Below, piece after piece: positions 36,707-44,438 of a stretch of 46,309 bases of DNA; position 1 is the first letter of the stretch, and each line of letters begins with the position of its first letter. Position numbers and translations under genes: made by a program. This DNA is from a virus. The notes under the pieces were generated by a model that was not told the DNA's origin, did no database searches, and worked only from the letters and a program-made list of their open reading frames with translations. Location of the stretch: IMG/VR virus record IMGVR_UViG_3300045988_136632; one strand, 5' to 3'.

Positions 36707-37376
36707 AAACAGGTGATTTTAAAAGATTTATAGCTTCTTGATCTCCAGATGAAGCACGCCTTAATATCTCTTTATACCAAGTGTAAGTATTATATCCATC
36801 CGGAACAATATACCCTTTTGGAAGTTCTCTTCTGTTTAATGCTTCCTCGTTTCTGCGTTTTCTTTCGCAAGATTCAATTTCTTTTGAACGTTCAGGAATA
36901 AATTCTTTAAAAAAGGCATTCCCAATCCTCCGAGCATCAAATTGAGAAAAGGAATTATCATATCTCCCAGCTTTGTATCTTGCAAAGAATAACATCAACT
37001 CTGACAGCTTATATATTTTAACCTGAGAAGCAAAGGATTGAGCAAATATTGTAATTCCATCTACAACTCCAGAATCCTTGCTTGAACTTGATCCAAATAA
37101 TGCTATCACTTGACCATATATCCAAAACTCAGCATTCCCTTCCCCATAAAACTCATCGTACTTTTGCAGTGTAGGACAATCTGCATAATAGGCTTTTTCC
37201 GGGTTTCTGGCTGTATATCCCCAATTTTGAGGGGAAAACACACGTTCAATATCAGAAGGGCTTCTCCACTTCGTTAACCAAACCTTGCTCTCTGCGTTGA
37301 CGCTCGGCAATATATTGCTGCATGGCATAGACATTTGCTTCATACTTGCTATTACCTGATTTCCGATTGTTTCCAT
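36699..37376 (-). CDS. replication-module protein of unknown function
   Basis: 225 aa. The start is uncertain because its first ~80-125 nt overlap the 3' end of the initiator-like gene. Confidence 0.5.
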   Translation of the reverse strand: METIGNQVIASMKQMSMPCSNILPSVNAESKVWLTKWRSPSDIERVFSPQNWGYTARNPEKAYYADCPTLQKYDEFYGEGNAEFWIYGQVIALFGSSSSKDSGVVDGITIFAQSFASQVKIYKLSELMLFFARYKAGRYDNSFSQFDARRIGNAFFKEFIPERSKEIESCERKRRNEEALNRRELPKGYIVPDGYNTYTWYKEILRRASSGDQEAINLLKSPVYE

Positions 37377-38217
37377 ATTTTTGATTTAACCATTCTTGAT
37401 AATCACGTTCCGTACCCGTAAATACTACACCAGTCCAACCGGATTCAATTGCCCTTTCAATTTGTAGGATAGCAAACTCTTCTTCAAATTTTGAAAGTTT
37501 ATCTAACGATAGTTGCAAGGCATAATTGAGTTTCTTTTTCCATTTTGGAGTTTGGCGAAGTGCTTCCCACGCTGACATAAAAGCTATCGAAGTGAATGGA
37601 TATACTAAAGGCTTTTCATCCCCTTCTTTTTTCTTAGATTTTTTAGGCTTTGTAGGTGGGGTGCTCTCGTGCGTATGCGCGAGATTACTCTCTATGTTTA
37701 TAGTTTTAATATCTATAATAGGTGGGATTTGCATATCATCAGTACCATTTACCGATGATATTACCGATGAAGCGTTTTTATCATCAGTATTTTCATCAGT
37801 ACGTAGTACCGAAGATATTACCGTATTGTTTACCGATGATTGACATTCCTCTGCTGATATATCATCAGTATTTTCTTCGGTATTTTCATCAGTACCATTT
37901 ACCGATGATATTACCGATGATTTCATGTCATTATCGAGAATAGGTAAGAAAGAATAGTAACATCCTATTCGTTTATCCCGACATGATTTAAAGAATATCA
38001 AACCGGCATCAGCGAGAGCTTTGCGAGACTTACGCAATGTTTTATCCCAGATATTCAAAGAAGTGCATAAAACTGCGCTACGAGCTTCAAATACTTCTTT
38101 CCAACCTTTTTCATTACAAATAGATATCAACTCATAGTAGAGAGCTTGATCTATTGCCGTAAGATAAGTATCATCCCTAACCTTTCTAAGTTTTGATATT
38201 AGTTGATAACTGTTCAT
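37252..38217 (-). CDS. replication initiator-like protein (N-terminal winged-helix-like domain, Ser/Asp-rich linker, C-terminal domain)
   Basis: 321 aa. An iteron-like 9-mer array is embedded in the linker-coding part, which parallels the lambda O/ori arrangement. Confidence 0.55.
   Translation of the reverse strand: MNSYQLISKLRKVRDDTYLTAIDQALYYELISICNEKGWKEVFEARSAVLCTSLNIWDKTLRKSRKALADAGLIFFKSCRDKRIGCYYSFLPILDNDMKSSVISSVNGTDENTEENTDDISAEECQSSVNNTVISSVLRTDENTDDKNASSVISSVNGTDDMQIPPIIDIKTINIESNLAHTHESTPPTKPKKSKKKEGDEKPLVYPFTSIAFMSAWEALRQTPKWKKKLNYALQLSLDKLSKFEEEFAILQIERAIESGWTGVVFTGTERDYQEWLNQKYGNNRKSGNSKYEANVYAMQQYIAERQRREQGLVNEVEKPF
37736..37920. repeat. iteron-like array (candidate origin of replication)
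   Basis: TCATCAGTA at 37736, 37781, 37793, 37862 and 37886. TACCGATGA at 37750, 37762, 37831, 37900 and 37912. These are the same 9-mer family in opposite orientation with 1 mismatch. A 35-bp perfect direct repeat lies at 37736-37770 and 37886-37920. Confidence 0.6.
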
Positions 38218-38507
38218 AATCTAAAATATCTATTTGCAGTACATTCATCAAAGGATTTTACACGTTCAATAAGCCGTTTCTGTCGTTGTCTGAATGCTAA
38301 ATTATTATCATACTTATTGTGACATTCTCGACATAATCCGACGATATTAAGAGGATTTGTGTAATGTTCCGGATACATGCTCTTTGAAACCAAATGAGCG
38401 GCATCTGACATGGGTTTACCACAAATTGCACAATAGGGTGGTAATGCCTTCTTTATATTAGCCACATCCCTATTTCGTTTAGCCTGTTTATTACTTACCT
38501 GTCTCAT
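38214..38507 (-). CDS. small HNH/zinc-finger nuclease-like protein
   Basis: 97 aa with CAICGK...H...N...CRECHNKYDNN. Confidence 0.6.
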   Translation of the reverse strand: MRQVSNKQAKRNRDVANIKKALPPYCAICGKPMSDAAHLVSKSMYPEHYTNPLNIVGLCRECHNKYDNNLAFRQRQKRLIERVKSFDECTANRYFRL

Positions 38508-38532
38508 ATATAATATTTAAATGTCCACTAAT

Positions 38533-38561
38533 TAAAAGCCCCGAAGCGTATTCTCCGGGGC
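38533..38561 (-). terminator. rho-independent terminator (reverse strand) at the 3' end of the GC-rich noncoding island
   Basis: Reverse strand GCCCCGGA, a loop, TTCGGGGC, then TTTTAAT. It lies only about 26 nt upstream of ATG 38507. Confidence 0.65.
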
Positions 38562-38925
38562 ACAACCATTATTCACATTGATGTGTGGCTCACATTTATG
38601 CGGTGGTAGCAGGACTTGCACCTGCACGATAGGAGTTTCACTTAGTTTTATTGCCGTTGGTGTAGTTTCGCCAACCCATACATTGTCTTTTTCATTTTAC
38701 ACGGGACTCCTGTTCATTTCCGTCAATCTTTCAATTGCACTCTGTCACATGTCCGACTACCCGCAACCTATCTATAAGTATGTCTCAGCTTTAGCGTCTC
38801 TCATTGTTCCGCCATACCACCATGTTCGCCAACTCTATCTTCACAGACCGAGCAGGCAGGCTAACAAAGTAGTTCCCGGATAAACAATCAAGCTACACCG
38901 GGAGTAATTAATAAAATTAAAAATC
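38562..38925 (-). ncRNA. candidate structured RNA with a tRNA-like acceptor/T-arm module (class unknown)
   Basis: No credible ORF is present. GC is about 46% by hand count, against a much more AT-rich flank. On the reverse strand, GGTGGTA (38821-38815) pairs with TACCACC (38608-38602). That strand is immediately preceded by GCAGG-TGCAAGT-CCTGC (38625-38609), which gives tRNA T-arm geometry. Further helices are AGGAGT/ACTCCT and GTTGG/CCAAC. Confidence 0.35.
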
Positions 38926-38982
38926 TAAGACCGGGGCACTCTCCCGACGGTGTCCTTTTCACCGGCATTTTTTTGTTAATAA

Positions 38983-39252
38983 TTAAATTGATTTATTGTG
39001 TATTTTTGCATGGCAATCCTCACAAAGAGTAACAAGACAATCCAAATGGGATAATTCATTGCCCACAATAGATATACCGCTCACTTTATAAGTTTTATGA
39101 TGAACTTCAAGAGAATAGGATTTTCCACACATTTGGCAACGATGCCCGTCACGGATACGAACCTTTCTTTTTACTTCTTCCCAATATGGGTTATTCCTCA
39201 GACTCTTCCGATAATTCGACGGCCTCCCCTTCTTGTGTGCCAATCTCGTCAT
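38983..39252 (-). CDS. HNH endonuclease
   Basis: DGHRCQMCGK...LEVHH...N...LCEDCHAKIH is a classic HNH motif. ATG 39252 is preceded by AAGGAGGAAACCA. The track start at 39285 is TTG. Confidence 0.75.
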   Translation of the reverse strand: MTRLAHKKGRPSNYRKSLRNNPYWEEVKRKVRIRDGHRCQMCGKSYSLEVHHKTYKVSGISIVGNELSHLDCLVTLCEDCHAKIHNKSI

Positions 39253-40060
39253 TGGTTTCCTCCTTTCTCCACGGACTTTTTTCAATTGCTACTCTATGCC
39301 ATTCATGACGTTGTATAGGAATTACCTCCCCATTATCCTCATCCAGAAAATCTTCGATCCAATTTTCTAACCAAACATCCATACCATCTTCTTCCCATAC
39401 TTCTACCACATCTTCACCCTTACCGAACTTGCGTAGATTTTTACGGGTATCTTTTACATCAATATTTGGTAACTCATAGCCAAGTGACTTAAATGCTTCT
39501 TGATTCTTTTCGCCAGAATTGAAAAGGTCATTGTATTCATGCTTCGGAATTTCCTGAACCAATGCCAAACGGAATGCATCATTTACCCATGAATAATACA
39601 GATAATATCCCATAACAGGAATACGGAAGGTATCGATCATCTTAAGAGGATAATCCTTAATTCCTTTCTTCGCAAGATTTACCAAATCTTTAAATTGAGT
39701 ATGCAAGGAGGTTATTTTAGCTTCATACTCTTTTTTAGCAGCATTAAATTCGGATTTTAAAGCTTCCAATTGACTCTCTAATTCCGGCATCTGTTCCTCG
39801 GCAATCTCACCATAATTTGCACGAATGATAGATATTTCATAATCATCCATCACACGGTTAGCAATTACATCTTTTTCTTGAATGGTTACGAAGTGTTCTG
39901 AAAGCTTCTTCTTTACATCGTCCATACAGACACAATCAGAAAAAATAATCTCTGGAAATTTCACTGTTGACGGAAGTTTGAAAGTTATCTCTTCCGGTTC
40001 ATAATCTTTTAAATCAATCATTGTTTTATGGGTTTTAATAAATTCCCAAAGAAGAAACAT
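39191..40060 (-). CDS. hypothetical recombination-module protein with an acidic C-terminus
   Basis: 289 aa (alternative ATG at 40021). It has a central coiled coil, and its 3' end overlaps the HNH gene by 62 nt. Confidence 0.55.
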   Translation of the reverse strand: MFLLWEFIKTHKTMIDLKDYEPEEITFKLPSTVKFPEIIFSDCVCMDDVKKKLSEHFVTIQEKDVIANRVMDDYEISIIRANYGEIAEEQMPELESQLEALKSEFNAAKKEYEAKITSLHTQFKDLVNLAKKGIKDYPLKMIDTFRIPVMGYYLYYSWVNDAFRLALVQEIPKHEYNDLFNSGEKNQEAFKSLGYELPNIDVKDTRKNLRKFGKGEDVVEVWEEDGMDVWLENWIEDFLDEDNGEVIPIQRHEWHRVAIEKSPWRKEETNDEIGTQEGEAVELSEESEE

Positions 40061-40080
40061 ACTCCTTTGGGAACTTTTCT

Positions 40081-40088
40081 TAATTTTG
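40081..40088 (+). promoter_or_regulatory. candidate -7 box TAATTTTG
   Basis: Matches TAnnTTTG 29 nt upstream of ATG 40117. The spacing matches that of the 4452 box to ATG 4488. Confidence 0.4.
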
Positions 40089-40116
40089 GAGCTGTCAAAC
40101 TTTAAAATTAAGTGTT

Positions 40117-40380
40117 ATGGAAATTTTATTTAGAAAAGCAATTACCGAACAATCTAATAATTTTATAACTATTAGAAGAATTAAATCAAAAGATGGAGTT
40201 AAAACTTTTATTTCTTCAGGTACATTCACTGATAAAAAGTCTATAAGAAGCTATGAATTAAGCGATAATGAAATAAAAGATTTATCCAATATATTTGATA
40301 AATTAATTAACTGTCCTGATTTTCTTCTTTCTCAAGATTCCATGACTGAACCTTTTGAAGAAGTCGAATTGCTTGAGTAA
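40117..40380 (+). CDS. hypothetical protein on the opposite strand to the surrounding operon
   Basis: 87-aa ORF with its own candidate promoter. It fills an otherwise empty 245-nt gap and converges on the 40307-40498 ORF, overlapping it by 74 nt. Confidence 0.45.
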   Translation: MEILFRKAITEQSNNFITIRRIKSKDGVKTFISSGTFTDKKSIRSYELSDNEIKDLSNIFDKLINCPDFLLSQDSMTEPFEEVELLE

Positions 40381-40498
40381 TATTATATTGGGTTTCTTGT
40401 GATACTTCCAAAGCGATATAATCTGAACTATAATCATTTTCATTTCTTTGGATATCTAAAACCTTTCGACCATCTAAGATTATTTCTATTCTTTTCAT
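40307..40498 (-). CDS. hypothetical small protein
   Basis: 63 aa, with the ATG 2 nt after the exonuclease stop. Confidence 0.5.
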   Translation of the reverse strand: MKRIEIILDGRKVLDIQRNENDYSSDYIALEVSQETQYNITQAIRLLQKVQSWNLEKEENQDS

Positions 40499-40500
40499 AA

Positions 40501-41649
40501 TTATTCAAAATCATCAATAGCAACCGGATGGAGCAATTTTTGGCTCCATTCCGGAAGCTGCATGTCAATTATTCCACGAGCACCTTCTTCCGCATTTGCG
40601 TCATAACCGGGGAAAAACTTCTTATCAAAGCAATCCTTTACAATAGAAAGTGCATAGTGATACTTATATTTGCCATTCGCCAAATCGTCCGGTGCCCAGA
40701 AAAGAACAGCAACATCATAGGGTTCAACTGTCTGTAACATAATCATTATCGTCACATTAAAGTCTCTGCCTGTTATACTGCTCATTACTTCTTGATACAT
40801 ACCTTCCGACAACTCATATTTGAGTTTGGCACAATCATAATAGAACTTACCGAGATCATCGGCTCGTGTGGTCTTAAAAGAAATTACGGCATTTACACCG
40901 ATATTCTCTTTTACATTAAAATAATCCGGCCTTACACGTACATTTAATCCTGTTTCTCCATCTTTTCCGTAGAAAGAGACCTCGGAATAAGCACCTTTGA
41001 GTATCTGAGGAATTATACCGCCACCATACCAATAATAATTTCTTTCCAGAGCTTTTATTATCATGCTCATTTCTTCACTGATAAAAGAATATCCTAAATC
41101 TATACACTGCTGTTTTTTGTGATCCCGATAATCTTTTAAATCGTTGAAATTCCATCTTTCTGATGGGTGATCTTCTTCAACATCTGGAATATAATTCTTA
41201 TCATTTGAGAGTAGGTCTTCGTAGAATCTTATCATACAGAGAACACCTTCTTTCGAAGATTGGCTACATTTAGGTTCTACCTTTACAAGCTCGAATAAAC
41301 GTGGTTCTAAAAAAGCCATGTGAGCAAAAGTTCCTAATTGAAAACATGGTCTTTCCTTTTCCTCAAAGACTCTTTCGTAGTCGTAATAGAAAGAACGAGG
41401 TGTTTTAAGTGCATTCTTTAAATTTGAAGATGATATATAATCACTCTTCAGATAAAGTTCCATCGGATCACGTTTTACCAATCCGTTTATGCTAAGTTCT
41501 TTCAGGTCGATATTAATAGGAGGATTGTTGCAATTCAAGGAAATAAAATCAAGCATTTCCTCTTTGGTAGGGTAATCATCCGGATTATAAGCGGAAGGAT
41601 TGAGTTCTTCACCTTCCTCACAATCGTTCAAATCAATATCATCCCACAT
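40501..41649 (-). CDS. PD-(D/E)XK family exonuclease (RecE/DUF3799-like)
   Basis: QLGTFAHMAFLEP (G-[ST]-x-x-H...LEP) followed by VRPDY and ISFKT (D...(D/E)xK-like). Confidence 0.65.
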   Translation of the reverse strand: MWDDIDLNDCEEGEELNPSAYNPDDYPTKEEMLDFISLNCNNPPINIDLKELSINGLVKRDPMELYLKSDYISSSNLKNALKTPRSFYYDYERVFEEKERPCFQLGTFAHMAFLEPRLFELVKVEPKCSQSSKEGVLCMIRFYEDLLSNDKNYIPDVEEDHPSERWNFNDLKDYRDHKKQQCIDLGYSFISEEMSMIIKALERNYYWYGGGIIPQILKGAYSEVSFYGKDGETGLNVRVRPDYFNVKENIGVNAVISFKTTRADDLGKFYYDCAKLKYELSEGMYQEVMSSITGRDFNVTIMIMLQTVEPYDVAVLFWAPDDLANGKYKYHYALSIVKDCFDKKFFPGYDANAEEGARGIIDMQLPEWSQKLLHPVAIDDFE

Positions 41650-42103
41650 CTGGCAAGTTTATGCGTAAAGGTTTGATAGACCAGTTATCAGAAGAATTTG
41701 CATTTGTCTTATTCTTCTTTCTGCCCATATATGTTATTTTTAGCATTGTACCTTTTTTAATTATGCCATCTTCAAAATAAGGTTGTAAAGCTCCAACCAA
41801 CCTTACAGAGCCGTTCATTGTAGTAGTCAAATCACCATTTTCATTTTGCTCTGCAAATATGACACAATCCAAATCGATTAATTCACCATTGCTTTGAGAC
41901 AATACTTTTTGAGGTTTGATATCCAAGAAAATAACTTTCTTAAATTCACCCGGATTCACAGGAGACCAATAATTACCACACAAATCTACGGGAAGTTCCT
42001 TTGCTTCTTTCAAAGAAGGAATATCCCCAGATAAATCAATTGTCTGTACGTCAAGAGAAGATTCTTGTTCTCTAAGAATCAAATCCTTTTCATTATTATC
42101 CAT
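41639..42103 (-). CDS. hypothetical protein (possible recombination partner or ssDNA-binding protein by position)
   Basis: 154 aa, overlapping the exonuclease gene by 11 nt. No motif was recognised. Confidence 0.5.
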   Translation of the reverse strand: MDNNEKDLILREQESSLDVQTIDLSGDIPSLKEAKELPVDLCGNYWSPVNPGEFKKVIFLDIKPQKVLSQSNGELIDLDCVIFAEQNENGDLTTTMNGSVRLVGALQPYFEDGIIKKGTMLKITYMGRKKNKTNANSSDNWSIKPLRINLPDVG

Positions 42104-42166
42104 GATCGTAAAAATTTAAAGGGTTATATAATAGAATTATAGACATTACTTGTTAAGTTATGAAAG

Positions 42167-42355
42167 TTATTCAACTTCGCAGGTATAGCCATTTTCGCGC
42201 ATATAATCTGAAATATCGTCTTTGGATATGGAATCCAGTAATTTAGTAGAATCTCTTCCATCTACTTCTGCTGTTATCCTGATATATCCATTTCCAGTCA
42301 TACTGGTCTCTATCTGAACGCTTGTCGCATCCACATCTATTGATATTGTTTTCAT
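42167..42355 (-). CDS. hypothetical small acidic protein
   Basis: 62 aa, overlapping the upstream gene by 4 nt. Confidence 0.5.
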   Translation of the reverse strand: MKTISIDVDATSVQIETSMTGNGYIRITAEVDGRDSTKLLDSISKDDISDYMRENGYTCEVE

Positions 42356-42618
42356 ACTTTAAAGTATTTTTTAGCCTGTTCCACGGTAAGGAAACCGTCA
42401 TTCAAAATTTTTGCACATATCTGTGCTATTGAGTCGCTTTCGCATACTATTTCGAAAGAGAGAGGACGTTTGTCACCTATCACGCTTCGCCCATCAACGT
42501 GACAGCCTATCGGATCGCCGTCCGTCAAAAGGGATTTAAGCCTTTCGATTTCGATCTGATACATCTCTATTTCTTTTATAAGATCTTTGTTCTCTTCTTG
42601 TAATTTCATCTTATTCAT
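42352..42618 (-). CDS. hypothetical protein
   Basis: 88-aa ORF with an N-terminal coiled coil. Confidence 0.55.
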   Translation of the reverse strand: MNKMKLQEENKDLIKEIEMYQIEIERLKSLLTDGDPIGCHVDGRSVIGDKRPLSFEIVCESDSIAQICAKILNDGFLTVEQAKKYFKV

Positions 42619-42702
42619 AACAATTTCATTCTTAAAGAAAAATCAACCTTTTTCAGTTGTTTTCTTGAAATCAACTAAAATCGATTGATTCTACATATTC
42701 TA

Positions 42703-42891
42703 TTAAATATATCTTATTCTCAATAATACCTTTACAGGCCTGTCTACCATAGCAGAAAAAGCATCCAAGATCTGTTCTTTTACAATCTTGACAGGCTTAG
42801 AGATGATATCGTGATCTATAATCTCTAAAGGTACTTTCCGCCCATTATATGTGATAAGGGTGGCGGATTGTATGATGTAAGGTTTAATCAT
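42703..42891 (-). CDS. hypothetical small protein
   Basis: 62-aa ORF in operon register. Confidence 0.45.
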   Translation of the reverse strand: MIKPYIIQSATLITYNGRKVPLEIIDHDIISKPVKIVKEQILDAFSAMVDRPVKVLLRIRYI

Positions 42892-42903
42892 ATGATACCG
42901 ATA

Positions 42904-43017
42904 TTACTTTGCAAGACCTTTCAGAATCTTACGGTAAAACCATACAGAATACAGGATACCGAAAACATTTATCCACAAATTCAATTTTCCTGTTTCCGGA
43001 TCTACATCATTAAACAT
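42904..43017 (-). CDS. 37-aa small membrane peptide (below the ORF-track cutoff)
   Basis: Hand translation gives MFNDVDPETGKLNLWINVFGILYSVWFYRKILKGLAK. It fits the gap between 43043 and 42891. Confidence 0.4.
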   Translation of the reverse strand: MFNDVDPETGKLNLWINVFGILYSVWFYRKILKGLAK

Positions 43018-43042
43018 CAACAAGCATGGCAAAGCCAACAAG

Positions 43043-43357
43043 TTAAGCAATAGTACGTTCAGTATAATTTTCATTTTTCTTCTTTTTGGGAGATTTACGA
43101 TATTTGATTATTGCATATTTCAAGACATCTGCTGCATTGCAGTACCACTTTCCATTTTGCTTGTTAGTTGGTTTATCGCTTCTGATCTTACCTTCTTCAA
43201 TTAATTTTAGAAGTCTACCCAACCCTCCCACCATGCTTGCAGCTTTCCTTTGGCCGAAAGTCTCCCTATCCATGATGGCGAGAATATTCGCCAATCTCAT
43301 ATCCGGAGTACCATCAATAAGTATGTCCGGTTTTTGATTGTTATAAGGATATATCAT
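43043..43357 (-). CDS. hypothetical basic protein (possible DNA-binding)
   Basis: 104 aa with a basic C-terminus. Confidence 0.5.
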   Translation of the reverse strand: MIYPYNNQKPDILIDGTPDMRLANILAIMDRETFGQRKAASMVGGLGRLLKLIEEGKIRSDKPTNKQNGKWYCNAADVLKYAIIKYRKSPKKKKNENYTERTIA

Positions 43358-43384
43358 AATTTAAATTAGTTAAAGCCATTGTTT

Positions 43385-43777
43385 TTAAGAAAGAAGGAAG
43401 TTTGATAAACTCAAATCAACATTCCGCCTACCCGTAATTCTAACTGAAATGGTATTACGGGCACGAGAAGAAAACCGAATTCTACGCATATCAAAGTAGC
43501 TACAAGTAATCTGTATAGTAAAAAAAAGGATTGAAAAAAATATTTCCAATCCGTGCTTCCTTATCTCTTTCAGATCAAAGTTCTTCTTCGCCCTGTCACA
43601 TAGCAAAAATAAGGTTAGTTCAACATTGTTATTAATACCTAACTTTTTATGAATATCCCTTATCTGAGCTTTTATCGTCCACACAGATTTTTGTAAGACA
43701 TCTGCGATTTCAACAGGAGTATGCCCCTTTGCCACTTCATTTGCTACTTGATATTCACATTGAGTCAAAGGTTCCAT
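43385..43777 (-). CDS. LuxR/GerE-type HTH regulator with a hydrophobic C-terminal segment
   Basis: LTQCEYQVANEVAKGHTPVEIADVLQKSVWTIKAQIRDIHKKLG is a GerE-type HTH. The C-terminus carries IFFSILFFTIQI. Confidence 0.65.
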   Translation of the reverse strand: MEPLTQCEYQVANEVAKGHTPVEIADVLQKSVWTIKAQIRDIHKKLGINNNVELTLFLLCDRAKKNFDLKEIRKHGLEIFFSILFFTIQITCSYFDMRRIRFSSRARNTISVRITGRRNVDLSLSNFLLS

Positions 43778-44034
43778 TAGGACAACCGTTTAACAAAGTA
43801 TATTCGTTTCACCTCATCCGCCCCTATCACATCCCATTGCTTTTCACCCCATGAATCACGTTCCTTTGAGGATTTCACAGAGTATAAAGATGATTGCTTC
43901 ACATTAGTAAATCCAAATATCTGCCCAATTTCCATCTCTTCAAATCCCGGTCTTAAGTCTGAGGTATACTTTGCGACTTCCATACCTCTGGTACGAAGTA
44001 CATTTTCTGTAAGTACAGGTAATTTATTTGCCAT
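43777..44034 (-). CDS. hypothetical protein
   Basis: 85 aa, overlapping the next gene by 1 nt. Confidence 0.55.
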   Translation of the reverse strand: MANKLPVLTENVLRTRGMEVAKYTSDLRPGFEEMEIGQIFGFTNVKQSSLYSVKSSKERDSWGEKQWDVIGADEVKRIYFVKRLS

Positions 44035-44438
44035 AATATTTATTTTAGTTTATATATAATGTGCCCTGCCCGATTCTCACTACCGGATGCCAGTTACAAG
44101 CTGTCAACAGGACTTATAAAGCAAATACCACGATTTGCCGACCTTAGTCTAACTGTTTATTTTTACAACGATGCCTGTTTGACCCTTACAGCAGCATACA
44201 TCGTTGTCAAGTTATGACTACTTTACATCGTCAGATTTCGTCAGAGGATAACTTGAAAACCTCAATTTTCCATTATGTCAAAGATCGAATTAACATAGTG
44301 CCTGTAGAAGATATTCTCTACGCCCCTACAGGCTAAATGACTTTTAAAATTTCCCCGGCTGGTATCCCTTGCTATCAGCGCTGAACATCGCAGGAGCCTT
44401 ATGCCGGATTACAGGACTACCTTTTTGGAAATCTTAAT
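44035..44438 (-). ncRNA. candidate structured RNA or long regulatory leader (class unknown)
   Basis: A 404-nt stretch with no ORF of 60 aa or more on either strand. GC is about 46% in the first 100 nt by hand count. Several 6-8 bp helices are present, including CAACGATG/CATCGTTG, CCTGTAG/CTACAGG and GCAAAT/ATTTGC. Confidence 0.3.

Noticed and set aside
37736-37920. CRISPR-like or minisatellite array
   Set aside because: The repeats are 9-mers in both orientations with irregular spacing inside an intact reading frame, and there are no spacer-sized unique units or cas genes. This fits iterons better.
38601-38821. tmRNA, or a tRNA gene with an intron
   Set aside because: The acceptor stem lacks the G3:U70 alanine identity pair, and there is no CCA. 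The only tag-like frame (GCG AAA CTA CAC CAA CGG CAA TAA) does not end in a hydrophobic ALAA-type degron. At ~220 nt it is too short for a typical tmRNA. No canonical D or anticodon arm can be placed next to the T-arm, and the insert is too small (~150 nt) and wrongly positioned for a group I intron in an anticodon loop.
38578-38883. 101-aa + strand ORF covering the GC-rich island
   Set aside because: It lies on the opposite strand to the whole surrounding operon. Its composition is odd (Cys/Ser/Leu/His-rich with no charged-residue pattern), and no promoter or start context is seen. It coincides with the helices of the candidate structured RNA, so it is more likely a chance ORF in a GC-richer segment.
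42868-43053. 61-aa + strand ORF in the 42.9-43.0 kb gap
   Set aside because: It is on the wrong strand for the operon. The same gap holds a well-fitting 37-aa - strand membrane ORF with short spacers to both neighbours.
44059-44232. 57-codon + strand ORF inside the second GC-rich island
   Set aside because: It is below the size cutoff, lies on the opposite strand, has no TAnnTTTG box or SD-like sequence upstream, and has a hydrophobic, irregular composition. It is kept only as an alternative explanation for the island.
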